Below are positions 63,586-64,000 of a stretch of DNA of 64,000 nucleotides, in pieces. The position numbers were made by a program, and so were the translations under genes. The stretch is taken from positions 23,804 through 87,803 of the forward strand of contig JAEINX010000002.1 of NCBI GenBank assembly GCA_016342645.1, in the 5' to 3' direction. The notes under the pieces are model-generated. The model saw only the letters and a program-made list of their open reading frames with translations. It searched no databases and was not told the origin of the DNA. The first letter of the stretch is position 1, and every line of letters begins with the position of its first letter. Origin of the DNA: Bacteroidales bacterium (GTDB lineage Bacteria; Bacteroidota; Bacteroidia; Bacteroidales; JAEINX01).

Positions 63586-63699
63586 ATTAAACCGTTAAAA
63601 CGATTAATCATTTTGTATTTCATTAGCAACTCACGACTTAAGTCTTGGGTTGCTTAGTGTATGTGGTTTTGAAAACCTTTTGAATGGTTTATTAATAAC
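63586..63699. repeat. Nested palindromic (MITE/REP-like) element
   Basis: The outer arms are TTATTAAACCGTTAAAACGATT and the reverse complement of AACCTTTTGAATGGTTTATTAA. The inner near-perfect 32-nt palindrome is AGCAACTCACGACTT|AAGTCTTGGGTTGCT. Confidence 0.6.
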
Positions 63700-63876
63700 A
63701 TTATTGTTAAACACTAATTAATTTTAATTGGCGAAAATAATTAATTTTGTCTCTTAGATGGAAGCTGTTGATGTTTTTATTCAGAAAACCAAAAAATAAA
63801 CTTATCTCACGTAGATTTTGCAGATTTTCGCTGATGGTTTTTCTGCGTTTATCTGCGAGAAACAAATTATAAACAA

Positions 63877-64000
63877 ATGAAAATAATCTCTTACAATGTA
63901 AACGGAATTCGGGCAGCCATACAAAAAGGCTTAATTGATTGGATTAAAGTTGTTGACCCCGATATTATTTGTATTCAAGAAACTAAGGCACAACTTCATC
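63877..64000 (+). CDS. xth: Exodeoxyribonuclease III (5' part; continues off-window)
   Basis: The ATG at 63877 gives MKIISYNVNGIRAAIQKGLIDWIKVVDPDIICIQETKAQLH, the canonical Xth/APE N-terminus. Confidence 0.85.
   Translation, partial: MKIISYNVNGIRAAIQKGLIDWIKVVDPDIICIQETKAQLH

Noticed and set aside
1-64000. tRNA, rRNA, tmRNA, SRP RNA, CRISPR arrays, prophage or integrase genes
   Set aside because: I scanned spacers by eye for T-loop (GGTTCGAnnCC), SRP and tmRNA hallmarks and for regularly spaced repeats, and found none. No integrase, portal or terminase-like ORFs appear in the track. A covariance-model scan would still be needed for certainty.

Overview
AT-rich (about 30% GC by eye) chromosomal segment that looks like phylum Bacteroidota. 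The evidence is several proteins ending in T9SS (Por) C-terminal sorting domains, TAnnTTTG '-7' promoter boxes 15-90 nt upstream of many starts, and Bacteroidota-style LptD/OstA, MlaD and Amidase_3-SPOR genes. I found no rRNA, tRNA or CRISPR array.

Housekeeping genes: typA, tatC, csp, xth, a dus-like gene, peroxiredoxin, TolC plus a MacB-type permease, a ClC channel and ornithine cyclodeaminase.

Accessory material interleaved with these:
1. A tandem pair of giant T9SS cargo genes (12150-20095) plus a third member at 42801-46436. They share shuffled domain cassettes, and the tandem pair also shares a duplicated 3' hairpin element preceded by a (TGTTCTT)~12 microsatellite.
2. An LruC-domain/He_PIG lipoprotein abutted by a decayed IS1634-type IS.
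3. An 11-gene, single-strand, tightly packed operon (21098-32490). It encodes a NatAB-like ABC exporter, two paralogous unknown membrane proteins, a 61-aa protein, and four exported hydrolases of four different catalytic classes. I rank this as the best candidate for an undescribed system.
4. Two small toxin-antitoxin islets (one decayed), Fic-like fragments, and an IS110-family element whose transposase carries two in-frame stops.

All family assignments come from motif recognition by eye and need HMM or structure confirmation.
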